Below, piece by piece: positions 1 to 9,898 of a stretch of 57,811 bases of DNA (position 1 is its first letter; each line of letters starts with the position of its first letter). This DNA comes from an archaeon (GTDB taxonomy: Archaea > Nanobdellota > Nanobdellia > Pacearchaeales > GW2011-AR1). Where the stretch lies: contig JAACWB010000007.1 in the NCBI GenBank assembly GCA_009992215.1, positions 1 to 57,811 on the forward strand, written 5' to 3'. Made by a program: the position numbers and the translations under genes. The notes beneath the pieces are model-generated. The model was not told the DNA's origin, made no database searches, and saw nothing but the letters and a program-made list of their open reading frames with translations.

Positions 1-198
1 GGGTCATTTACATTTATTGGCATTTGATAGTTGATAGTTTTTAGTTAGTAGTAAGTAGTTTGTAGTATTTTTAAGAGTTGTTGAGAGGGCTTTGCTGTAA
101 ACACAGTGAGAAATTTGAAATTGAAGTGTTCTTTAGAATTGGAGTCAGAAATGATTTGAGTTAATACTTTAGATTCTAGATTCTGAATAAGAAATTTG

Positions 199-302
199 TT
201 AGCAAAAGATATGAAACTCCTCTTATCTTCCATCCACAACCCCGGCCGCCACCCCAAAGACAAGAGATTATTAATGGGAAAACATGAAATGATCTTTTCT
301 AA
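199..302. repeat. C-tract-loop hairpin element, copy 1
   Basis: CTCTTATCTT/AAGACAAGAG and TTAGCAAAAGAT/ATCTTTTCTAA stems around CCATCCACAACCCCGGCCGCCACCCC. Confidence 0.6.
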
Positions 303-343
303 TTTAAGATTAAATTATTAAATCTTTTTTGTTTTACATTTTC

Positions 344-1204
344 ATGGCACGAAGAAAAGATTTGAATTATGATGAAGTTATTGAAAAAATAATGGAAAAG
401 AAGGAATTTAGGAAACTTCCACTTTCAGATGTGAAATTAGTTTATTCACAATTTGAAGATAGAGAAGATTTAATTTTGGATGAAAAAATTAAAGAAACTC
501 GTGATTTGCTTCGTAAAATGTATACGGCTTTTGTTAGTGAAAAGTTACTTAATGTTAAAGACAAAGAACCTATTTGGTTTTTACAAAAGCATATTTCTAC
601 AAAGGAGAGATTAAATCATTATATTGATGTTTACAAAAAATGTTTGGATGGATTAGATGAAGTTCATCATGAAGAATTAATTGAACCAAATTATATTTCG
701 GCAAAAGATAAATTAACAAAGGGAGGAATAATTAATGTATATGACCTTGGTTCTGGAATTAATGGTTTTAGTTATGATTATTTTTTAGAAGCTGGTTTTA
801 ATGTAAATTATTTTGGTTTTGAAGCAGTTGGGCAACTTGTGGATTTACAAAACAATTATTTTTTAAAAGAAAAAAAGAATGCAGATTGTTTTCATGGGAG
901 TTTATTTGATTTAGAAATTGTTAAAAGTTTTTTGAAAAAAGGAAAAGGGAAAAAAGTTGTTTTTTTGTTCAAGACTCTTGACAGTTTGGAAATGTTAAAA
1001 AGGAATTATTCCAAGGAACTATTAAAAGAAATTATGCCTTTCGTTGACAGGGTTGTAGTTAGTTGGGCGACAAAAAGTTTAGTTAGTAAAAAGAATTTTT
1101 ATGCCGAGAGAAAGTGGCTTAAGGATTTTATTAAAGAAAATTATAAGATAATTGATGAATTTCAAGAAGGAATAGAAAATTATTTAATTTTTGAAAATAA
1201 ATAA
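344..1204 (+). CDS. FmrO/Sgm/ArmA-like 16S rRNA (guanine-N7) methyltransferase homolog
   Basis: Motifs HISTKERL, DLGSGINGFS (SAM binding), LFKTLDSLE and VVSWATKSL match the HxSTxERL, DxxCGxNP, LxKxLPxLE and VSFPTKSL pattern of the FmrO family. ATG at 344 preferred over TTG at 329. Confidence 0.65.
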   Translation: MARRKDLNYDEVIEKIMEKKEFRKLPLSDVKLVYSQFEDREDLILDEKIKETRDLLRKMYTAFVSEKLLNVKDKEPIWFLQKHISTKERLNHYIDVYKKCLDGLDEVHHEELIEPNYISAKDKLTKGGIINVYDLGSGINGFSYDYFLEAGFNVNYFGFEAVGQLVDLQNNYFLKEKKNADCFHGSLFDLEIVKSFLKKGKGKKVVFLFKTLDSLEMLKRNYSKELLKEIMPFVDRVVVSWATKSLVSKKNFYAERKWLKDFIKENYKIIDEFQEGIENYLIFENK

Positions 1205-1243
1205 TTTCTTAACATTTATTAATCAATCTTTTCTATAATAATT

Positions 1244-1465
1244 ATGGCGGAAGAATTAGGGGAATTTAACGATCAATCTTACAAAGATAAACAAAGAGAA
1301 CTTGCAGTGGAACAAGTAGCTTTTGAATATGGACAAAAAAAGGAAGAAGAGAAAGCTCCTGAATTAAAGCGAAAACAATCAATAAAAGAAAAGGTAATTA
1401 GTTGGGGAATTTTAGTTTTGGCTTTTTTATTTGTTTTATATTTGGGTTATAGACTTTTATTTTAG
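1244..1465 (+). CDS. small C-terminally anchored membrane protein
   Basis: Charged N-terminus, one C-terminal TM helix, TATA-like box upstream. Confidence 0.6.
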   Translation: MAEELGEFNDQSYKDKQRELAVEQVAFEYGQKKEEEKAPELKRKQSIKEKVISWGILVLAFLFVLYLGYRLLF

Positions 1466-1560
1466 TTGGTAGCTGGTAGTTAATGGGAAAATAAAATTTT
1501 TTTGTATAAATTAACCTTAATCTTTATATAATAATTTTATTTAGTATCTTTGAATAAAAG

Positions 1561-2775
1561 ATGATAAAAAATTTTAAGAAAAAAGTTTTGCCTAATGGAT
1601 TTACAATTCTTTTTGAAAAAAGAGAGGTTCCTGTTGTTTCTGTTTCAATTTCTTTTAAGGGAGGAGGAATTAATGAAGAATTAAAAGAAAAGGGAATAAG
1701 TCATTTTATTGAACATATGCTCTACAAAGGAACAACAAATAGAACAAACTTAGAAATTGCTCAAGAGATTGAAAGGAGGGGCGGAGAATTTAATGGATTT
1801 ACTTCTGAAGAGATGACTTCTTTTTATTGTAAGATTTCTTCAAAGTATGTTAATGTTGCTTTAGATGTTTTGGGGGATGTTATAAAAAATCCTTTGTTTT
1901 TAGAGGAAGACATTGAAAAAGAGAGAAAAGTAATTTTTGAAGAAATAAAAATGAGAAAGGATAATCCTAGAAATTATGTTTTTGATAAAATTCATTCTTT
2001 ATTATATTCAGAAACTTTGGGACTTGATTTAGCGGGTACAGAGAAAACGGTTAATTCAATTACAAGGGAAGATTTGGTTAAGAGACATAAAAAGTACTTT
2101 ACTCCAAATAATTTAATTTTAACTGTTGTTGGAAATGTTAATTTTGAAAAAATAGTTGATTGGTCTAAAAAGTTTTTTTCTGAAAAAAATAAATCTAGAA
2201 TTCCAAATTACAAATTTCAATTTCAGAATAAAAGAAAAATTGAAAAAAGAAAAGGAATAGATCAAGCTAATTTAATTTTTGCATTTCATTCTCCCTTGGC
2301 AAATGATGAAAAAACTCATGCTGCTGAAGTTTTAATCACACTTCTTGCTGGAGGAATGTCTTCAAGATTATTTCATGAAATAAGAGAAAAAAGAAATTTG
2401 GTTTATTCTATTCATGGAGATATAGATTCAACGAAAAAATATTCTCATTCTATGATTTATGCTGGATGTAAAAAAGAAAATATGCAATTAGTTGAGAAAC
2501 TTATTTTAGAAGAGTTTAGAAAAGTTTCAAAAGATTTAACAGAAGAGGAACTTAATCATACTAAAGAGCAATTGATTGGGAATTACCAAATCTCAATGGA
2601 AGATTCTCAAAATCAAATGCTTCATTTATTGATTGAAGAAATTGATTCTGATGCTAAGAATTTTTATTTGTATGAAAATAATATTTCTAAAGTTAAGTTA
2701 GAAGATGTAAAGAAATTAGCATCAAAAGTTGTTTCTGGGAAATACAGTTTTTTTGCTTTAGTTCCAGAAGATTAA
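1561..2775 (+). CDS. M16 family (pitrilysin/insulinase) zinc peptidase
   Basis: Inverted zinc motif HFIEH, GISHFIEHMLYKGT, SSRLFHEIREKRNLVY. Confidence 0.93.
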   Translation: MIKNFKKKVLPNGFTILFEKREVPVVSVSISFKGGGINEELKEKGISHFIEHMLYKGTTNRTNLEIAQEIERRGGEFNGFTSEEMTSFYCKISSKYVNVALDVLGDVIKNPLFLEEDIEKERKVIFEEIKMRKDNPRNYVFDKIHSLLYSETLGLDLAGTEKTVNSITREDLVKRHKKYFTPNNLILTVVGNVNFEKIVDWSKKFFSEKNKSRIPNYKFQFQNKRKIEKRKGIDQANLIFAFHSPLANDEKTHAAEVLITLLAGGMSSRLFHEIREKRNLVYSIHGDIDSTKKYSHSMIYAGCKKENMQLVEKLILEEFRKVSKDLTEEELNHTKEQLIGNYQISMEDSQNQMLHLLIEEIDSDAKNFYLYENNISKVKLEDVKKLASKVVSGKYSFFALVPED

Positions 2776-2837
2776 AAACATAAAATTAAATCTTTTTTTG
2801 AGGTTAATCTTAAAAAGTGAAATTGGTTTCTATTAAG

Positions 2838-3638
2838 ATGAAAATTATTAATATTCCGATTGTAAATGGTTTGTCTAAAACGAAAGGAGTTGAAGAAGCG
2901 CCAGCAGAAATTCTAGCCAGATTAGAATCTATTTATTCAAATGGGAAAGGAAATTTAGTTAATGTTAATAATTTGGAAGTTAGCAGTATTGGAATTAGTG
3001 GGGACTTAGAAAAAGATAATGAAAACATTTACAGACGAGCTTTTGAATTGTTTGGGAATGAGAAACTTTTATTTTTAGGAGGGGATCATTCTTTAAGTTA
3101 TCCGTTGACTAGGGCTTTTTTTGATTATTCAGAACATAATTCAAGAAAACCTTGTTTGATTGTTTTTGATGCACATCCTGATTGCATGGAACCGGTTGAC
3201 AGAAAAATTCCAACACATGAAGAGTGGTTAAAGGCTTTAATTGAAGACGGGTTCCCAACAAAAAATATTCTTTTGGTTGGTTCCAGAAATGCAGATGTTT
3301 CAGAATTAAATTATTTGAAAGAAAAAAAGATAAAACAATTTACGGTTGAACAATTAATGTTTGAATTGGAAACGAAAACTGATGCTATTATGGAATTTGG
3401 TTACGGAAAAGATGTTTATGTTTCAATTGATATTGACGCTGTTGACCCTGCATATGCGCCCGGAACGGGTTATTGCGAAGTGGGAGGAATAAGTTCACAA
3501 CAATTTTTGTATATTGTAAAGAGACTTTCTAAAATGAAAAATTTGAAAGCTGTTGATTTAGTTGAAATTAATCCAAAAAAAGATGTTAATGGAATGACTC
3601 TTCAATTGGGTGCAAAGATAGTTAGTGAATTTTTGTAA
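2838..3638 (+). CDS. arginase/agmatinase family ureohydrolase
   Basis: GGDHS, DAHPD, SIDIDAVDP and APGTG motifs. Confidence 0.9.
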   Translation: MKIINIPIVNGLSKTKGVEEAPAEILARLESIYSNGKGNLVNVNNLEVSSIGISGDLEKDNENIYRRAFELFGNEKLLFLGGDHSLSYPLTRAFFDYSEHNSRKPCLIVFDAHPDCMEPVDRKIPTHEEWLKALIEDGFPTKNILLVGSRNADVSELNYLKEKKIKQFTVEQLMFELETKTDAIMEFGYGKDVYVSIDIDAVDPAYAPGTGYCEVGGISSQQFLYIVKRLSKMKNLKAVDLVEINPKKDVNGMTLQLGAKIVSEFL

Positions 3639-3639
3639 T

Positions 3640-3709
3640 GAAAATAAATTTTTGTAAGAGATATCTAGGGCAGCCCACCCAACCCGCCCAATACTAAAAA
3701 TTTATTTTC
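3640..3709. repeat. C-tract-loop hairpin element, copy 2
   Basis: GAAAATAAATTTTT/AAAAATTTATTTTC stem around CCCACCCAACCCGCCC. Confidence 0.8.
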
Positions 3710-3813
3710 TAGATATTAAATTAATCAAATAATTTTGTAATTTTTTATTGAATAAAATCCATTTATCCCTTTTCTTTGATTTCCTTAATATATCTTTAAT
3801 TCTTTTTTTATTT

Positions 3814-4107
3814 ATGAAAAAAGTAATAAAAGAACCAGTTGAAAATTTTGTTTCACATACAAAAAAGCCCTTGTTTATTTTGGGAGCTATTTTTTGGATT
3901 GGACTTTTTGTTTTCATTTTTAGTAATTCTTTTTCAAAAGTTGTTACGGGGCATTCAATTGTTGCATTAAATTCCATTGGGGGTTTCTCCTCGACTTCTG
4001 TTTTGATTGGGTTATTTTTAATTTTATCAGTTTTATTGTTCCTGATTTGGAAATTTATTTTGTGTGCAAAAAAGAAGTGTAAGAAGAGAAAATATTTTAT
4101 TAAATAA
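3814..4107 (+). CDS. hypothetical membrane protein
   Basis: Two hydrophobic segments around VTGHSI, basic tail; ATG at 3814. Confidence 0.5.
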   Translation: MKKVIKEPVENFVSHTKKPLFILGAIFWIGLFVFIFSNSFSKVVTGHSIVALNSIGGFSSTSVLIGLFLILSVLLFLIWKFILCAKKKCKKRKYFIK

Positions 4108-4752
4108 TTAATTTAGAATTTTTAAAAATTCTTTTGTATTATAATTCAGAACTGGCTCTAATTCTTTTTCTTTACTTGTAAATATTTTTTTTAGAGTTTT
4201 GAAATTTTTTATGAGTTCCCTTGATTTTTTTGGTCCAATGTTTGGAAAACTTTGCAAGACAAATAATTGTCTTTCTTCTTTTGTTAAACATTTTTTTGTT
4301 GGATTGATTTTGTTTTCCTTTTTTTGTTGGTTTGCTAAAACGCTTAGATATTCTGCTGTTTCTTCGCTGTCGTTTGTGAAAATTATTGGAACTTTATGAT
4401 TTATTAAAATTGAAAGAATGAATCCTTTGATTGCATTTTTGTGTATATTTGTTATTTTGTTTATGTTGCCTTCAATTAATAATAAATAATTAGGATATTG
4501 TTTAATTTCTTCAATCTGTTTTTTTAATCTTCCGTTAATCAAAGAATTAGAAAAGTCAACAATTGTTTTTCTCTCGATTATTGTATCTTTTACTAAATAA
4601 TCTCCCACTTTTAATTCTTCAAAATTAAGATAAAAATTTTTCGAGAGTTTTGCCGGAACTAAAGAATTTTTCTCTCGATAATCAATTGTTATTGGGGTTT
4701 TTGACTTTTTAGTTTCAATTAATTTTTCTTTTGAGAATATATCATTAAACAT
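4108..4752 (-). CDS. ERCC4/XPF nuclease with HhH (stand-alone C-terminal half of Hef)
   Basis: IDYRE, GDY and ERKT motifs; HhH FPNIGPK. Confidence 0.92.
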   Translation of the reverse strand: MFNDIFSKEKLIETKKSKTPITIDYREKNSLVPAKLSKNFYLNFEELKVGDYLVKDTIIERKTIVDFSNSLINGRLKKQIEEIKQYPNYLLLIEGNINKITNIHKNAIKGFILSILINHKVPIIFTNDSEETAEYLSVLANQQKKENKINPTKKCLTKEERQLFVLQSFPNIGPKKSRELIKNFKTLKKIFTSKEKELEPVLNYNTKEFLKILN

Positions 4753-4788
4753 TTAAGAAAAAAATGAAAAATTCTTTTATGTTTTGTT

Positions 4789-5358
4789 TTAATATTTGGA
4801 TAAAGAAAGAAGGGTGATTCTTTGTATGGCCTTTCTGAAAACTTCTTCTTGTGTTCTATATGTTGTGTCTAGTATAATATCAAAATTTGTCACATCATAA
4901 CAATTTGTTTTGTATAAATCCCAATATGCATCTTTGTCGCTTTTCATTCTTTGTTCAAGAGTTTCTAAAACTTCTTTTTCATTTTTGTAATTCTTTTCAC
5001 TTTCTCTGTCTGCAGAAAAAATTCTTTTTGCGGCTTCATGTTTGTCTACAGCAAGGAATAATTTAATTGCTTCAGGGGGAGCAAAATAATAAGGTAATCT
5101 CCCTTCAATTATCCATTTTTCATTTTCTTTCATATATCTTGCTTGAAATTCATCAAATTGTGTATCTAAGGTTTTATCATTTAATCTTCTTTCATTCATT
5201 TCATCAATTGTCATGCCTAATTCATTAACTGCAAATTCTCTTCTAAGTGTTCCAATTGAAAGTTTTGGTATCTGATAATATTCTGAAAGTCGTTTAATCA
5301 ATCCATCTTTTCCCGCTCCGGGCAATCCTGACATTGCTATTTTGTATTGTGTTTTCAT
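4789..5358 (-). CDS. cmk: archaeal-type cytidylate kinase-like NMP kinase
   Basis: P-loop SGLPGAGKD, IIEGRL, R..SD...Y..LY and FDIILDTT; atypical GKD. Confidence 0.75.
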   Translation of the reverse strand: MKTQYKIAMSGLPGAGKDGLIKRLSEYYQIPKLSIGTLRREFAVNELGMTIDEMNERRLNDKTLDTQFDEFQARYMKENEKWIIEGRLPYYFAPPEAIKLFLAVDKHEAAKRIFSADRESEKNYKNEKEVLETLEQRMKSDKDAYWDLYKTNCYDVTNFDIILDTTYRTQEEVFRKAIQRITLLSLSKY

Positions 5359-5457
5359 AATGATTAAAATTTTATTTTTTTAATAAAGAAATATGCTCTT
5401 TGAAAATATGTTTTTTAAAACATAGGTTTATTTAAATGACTACTGTATTTTTTTCTC

Positions 5458-6210
5458 ATGAGAAACAAGCATGATGTAAATTTTACGAATAATAATAATA
5501 TTGAAATGGTTTTTGTCGATATGGAAGGAACCATCTTTAAAAAAGTTGTAAAATCAACACATGGAACTGCACCTAGTTCTTGGACATATATAGCAGATTT
5601 GCTTGGTCCTGAAGCAAAGGAGATGGAAGAAGAAACAAAAAAAATTTGGAATGCTGGAGGTTATAAAAGTTATCTTGAATGGATGGATGCAACAATTGAT
5701 ATCCATAGGAAGTTTAATTTGAATAAGAAAATTTTTGATGAGGCAATGAATGTTGAATATTGGAATGGAGTAAAAGAAACTTTTGATTTTTTTAGAGAAA
5801 AAGGTTACAAAACTGCTCTTATTTCTGGGGGATTTAAAGCTCAGGCAGATAAAGCACAAAAAGATTTGAAAATAAATTATGCTTTGGCGGGTTGTGAATA
5901 CTTTTGGGATAAGAAGGGAAACTTATATCATTGGAATTTGAATAATTCTGATTTTGAAGGAAAAATTAATTTTATGAAAGAGCATATAAAAGCAGCTAAA
6001 ATTTCTCCAAATCAATGTGCTTTTATTGGAGATGGACCAAACGATGTTGGTTTAGCAAAAGAAGTCGGATTATCGATTTCATTCAATGGATGTGAGGACT
6101 TAGAAAACGCTGTAAAATATTCCATTAAACAGACAAAAGGAAATGAAGATTTTAGAGAAGTCATAAAATATTTTGATAGCAATGCATATGCTAGATATAT
6201 GAAAAAATAA
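5458..6210 (+). CDS. HAD-superfamily phosphatase (phosphoserine phosphatase-like)
   Basis: Motif I variant DMEGT, ISGGF, GDGPND. Confidence 0.85.
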   Translation: MRNKHDVNFTNNNNIEMVFVDMEGTIFKKVVKSTHGTAPSSWTYIADLLGPEAKEMEEETKKIWNAGGYKSYLEWMDATIDIHRKFNLNKKIFDEAMNVEYWNGVKETFDFFREKGYKTALISGGFKAQADKAQKDLKINYALAGCEYFWDKKGNLYHWNLNNSDFEGKINFMKEHIKAAKISPNQCAFIGDGPNDVGLAKEVGLSISFNGCEDLENAVKYSIKQTKGNEDFREVIKYFDSNAYARYMKK

Positions 6211-6292
6211 TTTTTTGTTGATGGAAGAGTATAATCCAATATATATTTTATATTTAGGAATTATTTATAATTAATTTTCATTTTTTGTTTTC

Positions 6293-7051
6293 ATGAAGAT
6301 AGTGGGAAGAGATGTTGATGAATTATTTTATAATGTTGCAAAAGAATTAATTAATTCTCCCCTGTGTTCCCCTCGAGATTTGAAAACTAAGGAAATTATA
6401 AAAGCTGAATTAGTTGTTCAAGAACCCAAATACTGTGTTGTTAGTAATGGTGCAAGGAATTTATCTTTGAAATATTTGGGAGGAGAACTTGATTGGTATT
6501 TGTCAGGAGACAAATCTATAGATAAAATAAGTGAATATTCTAGTTTTTGGGAGAAAATCGCAGATCTCAATCGGGAAGTTAATTCAAATTATGGTGAGAT
6601 AATTTTCAAACAAAAGTTGGAAAATTTTGATAATAATCAATATAGTTGGGTTTTAGATAAATTGTTTGAAGACAAATATTCTAGGAAGGCATTAATTAAT
6701 TTTAATCAACCAAAACACAAGAGCAATACGAATGATTTTGTTTGCGCTACAAGTGCCCACTATATGATAAGAGATAATAAACTTATTTCAATTGTTGATA
6801 TGAGAAGTAATGATTTAATTTTTGGATTTTCGTATGATTTCCCTTTTTTCTCTTATCTCCATCAAAATCTTTTTCTTGATTTAAAGGAGAAATATGCTGA
6901 TTTAGAATTGGGTGAAGCTTATCATGATGCAAATAGTTTACATGTTTATGAGAGACATTTCAATTTGATTGAAAAAATTGTAAAAGAATACGAGCTAAAT
7001 AATCCTAAATCAAAAACATTAGATGAATTAGGTTTGTTTAAGAAATTATGA
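6293..7051 (+). CDS. thymidylate synthase-fold enzyme, dCMP/CMP hydroxymethylase-like
   Basis: NSNYG, SRKA, catalytic Cys in DFVC, MRSNDLIFGFSYD, SLHVYERH; Asp in place of the dUMP-selecting Asn. Confidence 0.8.
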   Translation: MKIVGRDVDELFYNVAKELINSPLCSPRDLKTKEIIKAELVVQEPKYCVVSNGARNLSLKYLGGELDWYLSGDKSIDKISEYSSFWEKIADLNREVNSNYGEIIFKQKLENFDNNQYSWVLDKLFEDKYSRKALINFNQPKHKSNTNDFVCATSAHYMIRDNKLISIVDMRSNDLIFGFSYDFPFFSYLHQNLFLDLKEKYADLELGEAYHDANSLHVYERHFNLIEKIVKEYELNNPKSKTLDELGLFKKL

Positions 7052-7058
7052 TTAGATC

Positions 7059-8105
7059 TTAATTAAATTCTCTAACTCCATGAGCTGTTGATTCTTTGTA
7101 TCCTGCTGCGGAAATTTCTATGAAGTCAACTTTTCCAATGAAGGATTCCATTTCTTTTGCTCCGATGTAAGTCATTCCTGAAACTAGTCCACCCAAGAAT
7201 TTTTTTACTATTGGTTCAATTGGGCCTTTGTAGGGAACGAGAGTTTTTTCTCCTTCAACTGAAATTATTTCTGTTTTTGTTTTCCCGTCTAGTTGTTGTT
7301 TTTTTAGTGCAGCATCAAAACTAGCCATTCCTCTAAATAATTTGTAATATTTTCCTTTTTGTTTTATTATTTTTCCTGGTGATTCTTTTGTCCCTGCAAA
7401 AACTCCCCCCATCATTACAGTGTTTCCTCCAGCTCCAATAGCTTTTACCATGTCTCCAGGGTTTTTTATTCCAGCGTCAGCACAAATAGGAATTCTTCCT
7501 TGTGTTGCTTCATACGCGTCCATTATTGCAGTGATTTGCGGGACTCCTGCTCCAGTCATAATCCTTGTTGTACACATTGAGCCTGCACCAATTCCAATTT
7601 TAATTGCGTCAGCACCTTTACTCAAAAAATATTCGGCGGCGTCTTTTGTTGCGACATTTCCTGCCATTACATCAACTTTTGGATATTTATTTTTTATGTA
7701 ATCAAGAGTTTTTCCAGCATATTTTGAATGTCCGTGTGCAATGTCTAAAACGATTAGGTTTACGCCTGCTTTTACTAAAGCGTCTAAACGTTCTTCATAA
7801 TCTTTTATTCCTAAAGCCGCTGCAGCAATTAATTTATGTTTTTTTACTAGAGTCACTTGTTTTACTTGGCTTTCAATTGTATTAAATCTATGAATAACTC
7901 CAAGTCCACCAAGTTTTCCTATTGCAATTGCCATTTCTGCTTCACAAGTTGTGTCCATATTTGCAACTAAAATTGGAATATCAATTTCATAATTACGTGT
8001 AACTTTTGTTTTTGTTGAAACTTCCTTACGAGAAACAATTTTGTTATATTTTGGCACAATTAAAACGTCTTCGAATGAATACCCTTTTCCTATAACTCTT
8101 GCCAT
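7059..8105 (-). CDS. guaB: IMP dehydrogenase / GMP reductase family protein (no CBS domains)
   Basis: ANMDT, DIAHGHS, GIGAGSMCTTR, RGMAS, EG motifs. Confidence 0.85.
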   Translation of the reverse strand: MARVIGKGYSFEDVLIVPKYNKIVSRKEVSTKTKVTRNYEIDIPILVANMDTTCEAEMAIAIGKLGGLGVIHRFNTIESQVKQVTLVKKHKLIAAAALGIKDYEERLDALVKAGVNLIVLDIAHGHSKYAGKTLDYIKNKYPKVDVMAGNVATKDAAEYFLSKGADAIKIGIGAGSMCTTRIMTGAGVPQITAIMDAYEATQGRIPICADAGIKNPGDMVKAIGAGGNTVMMGGVFAGTKESPGKIIKQKGKYYKLFRGMASFDAALKKQQLDGKTKTEIISVEGEKTLVPYKGPIEPIVKKFLGGLVSGMTYIGAKEMESFIGKVDFIEISAAGYKESTAHGVREFN

Positions 8106-8155
8106 TTTCCTTTCATGGAAAAAGTTTGAAGTTTTTAATAATTGTTATTTTGATA

Positions 8156-9715
8156 TTAGAATAATTTCTTTTGAATAATCTTTTTGTCATAGAGTGTTCC
8201 TTTTCTTTTTAGTTCATCTTTCACTTTTTCAATTTGTGTTCCCATCTTTTTTTCTCTAGCACGCGAAGCGTAATTTGCAAATTCATCTTTTGTTCCTTTT
8301 GTGATTAACATAATTAATTTTCCTTTGCTTAAACGTGCGGTTCTACCTCTTCTTTGAATTGAACGAATGGCTGAAGAAACTGGTTCATAAAAAATTACGG
8401 AAGAAACTTCTGGAATGTCAAGTCCTTCTTCGGCAATACAAGTTGCAACTAGAACATTTATTTTTTTTTCACGAAATTCATCAATTATTTTCTTTTGTTC
8501 TTTTTGACTAAGTCCAACACCTTCTAATTTTCTTTGTCCCACAAAAACTTTTGAATTTATTCCTCCAAGTTTATTTAGGTTTCTTGAAATTATATTTGCG
8601 GTATCTCTAAATTGTGTAAAAATAATCATTTTCATTTCACTGTCTTCTTTTATTTCGTCACGAACAGCACGAATGATTTCTTCAACTTTTGGATGTTCTT
8701 TTCCTTTTTCTAATAAACTGTAAGTGTAAGAATAAACCAAATTGAATTCTTTTTTGTTTGCAAGTTTTATAACGCCTCTTGATTGTTTTTTTTCTGCTTG
8801 TTCTTGAATACTCCTTAGGTATTTCATGAAACTTTCAAGCGTTTGAGTTTCAAGTAGTTCAATTGCGTGTGATATCTTTATTGCCTGAGCGCATGCAGAC
8901 ATTGCAATATAACTTTCAGGAGAGGCAATATTTTTTGAGAGTTGAAAACCAATTTTTCTTTGGAGTTCAATTAATGCAATTTTTGTGTCTGGACCAAAGA
9001 GAAAATTTCTTCTTCTTAGTTCATCGATATAACTTTCATAAATTTGTTTTAGAATTGCTCTTAATTCAATTAGTTCTTCGGGAAAAGGAATTTCTCTTTT
9101 GTCAAATTCTAATTCTTGTAAATATTCTTTCACATCATCTGAATCTCTTGTTCTAATTTCAATTGATTCAATTTTTAAGTTCATTCCAATTTCCCTTATT
9201 TTTTGTAAATCGCTTCCCGGCGAAGCTGTTAGCCCAATTAAACGTGGATGATTAGCTTCTAAGTAATAACGTTTTGCAACATAAGTATAGTCGTAATTTT
9301 TCACGCAACGATGAGCTTCGTCTTCAATTAAGAGGGAAACTTCTTTTAAGGTGTAGAGTCCTTTTTTCAAATCGTTTGCAACACATTGTGGTGTTGAAAA
9401 AATTATGTTTGCAGTATCCCAAATTTTTTTTCTTTTTTCTGCTTTCACAGTTCCAGTGAAGAGTTCAATTTCAGCCCAAAGTTCTGGGAGTTTTTCTTTA
9501 AATGAAATTAAATGTTGCTCGGCAAGAGGTTTTGTTGGTGCAAGGATTAAAACTTTTTCTTTTGGAAATTTTTTTATCCTTTCAATTACAACCATTAAAG
9601 CGATTAATGTTTTACCAAGTCCAGTTGGAAGAACGACAAGACAATTTTTTTCAATGCAAGTTTTTGCAATTTCTTCTTGGTATTTTCTTGGTTTTATATT
9701 TTGTAATTCTTTCAT
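8156..9715 (-). CDS. hef: Hef/FANCM-like DEAH-box helicase (N-terminal half of Hef)
   Basis: PTGLGKT, DEAH, TASPG, EEGLDIP, QRRGRTAR. Confidence 0.92.
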   Translation of the reverse strand: MKELQNIKPRKYQEEIAKTCIEKNCLVVLPTGLGKTLIALMVVIERIKKFPKEKVLILAPTKPLAEQHLISFKEKLPELWAEIELFTGTVKAEKRKKIWDTANIIFSTPQCVANDLKKGLYTLKEVSLLIEDEAHRCVKNYDYTYVAKRYYLEANHPRLIGLTASPGSDLQKIREIGMNLKIESIEIRTRDSDDVKEYLQELEFDKREIPFPEELIELRAILKQIYESYIDELRRRNFLFGPDTKIALIELQRKIGFQLSKNIASPESYIAMSACAQAIKISHAIELLETQTLESFMKYLRSIQEQAEKKQSRGVIKLANKKEFNLVYSYTYSLLEKGKEHPKVEEIIRAVRDEIKEDSEMKMIIFTQFRDTANIISRNLNKLGGINSKVFVGQRKLEGVGLSQKEQKKIIDEFREKKINVLVATCIAEEGLDIPEVSSVIFYEPVSSAIRSIQRRGRTARLSKGKLIMLITKGTKDEFANYASRAREKKMGTQIEKVKDELKRKGTLYDKKIIQKKLF

Positions 9716-9781
9716 GAATTTAGAAAAGTTTTCTTTGTTATAAAAGTTAGTTGCTATTTGTTAGTAGAGGGTTTTTATTTC

Positions 9782-9852
9782 AAAATTTCTTCTTTAGTAA
9801 TATTAAAGCCCCTCCCAATATGGAATGCCCGCCCTAATTACGAAGAAATTTT
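9782..9852. repeat. C-tract-loop hairpin element, copy 3
   Basis: AAAATTTCTTC/GAAGAAATTTT stem around CCCCTCCC...CCCGCCC-TAATTAC. Confidence 0.8.
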
Positions 9853-9898
9853 ATGATTTAATTAAGAAGAAGAAAAAGTATTATGTTGTTATGTTATT

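Noticed and set aside
1-27. Possible 3' end of an upstream gene (GSFTFIGI*)
   Set aside because: Too short to support a call
45-263. 72-aa minus-strand ORF
   Set aside because: TTG start inside the C-loop element and heptamer repeats; no protein features
6293-7051. Annotating the gene as plain thyA
   Set aside because: The specificity residue is Asp rather than Asn and the PC motif is VC; symbol withheld until tested
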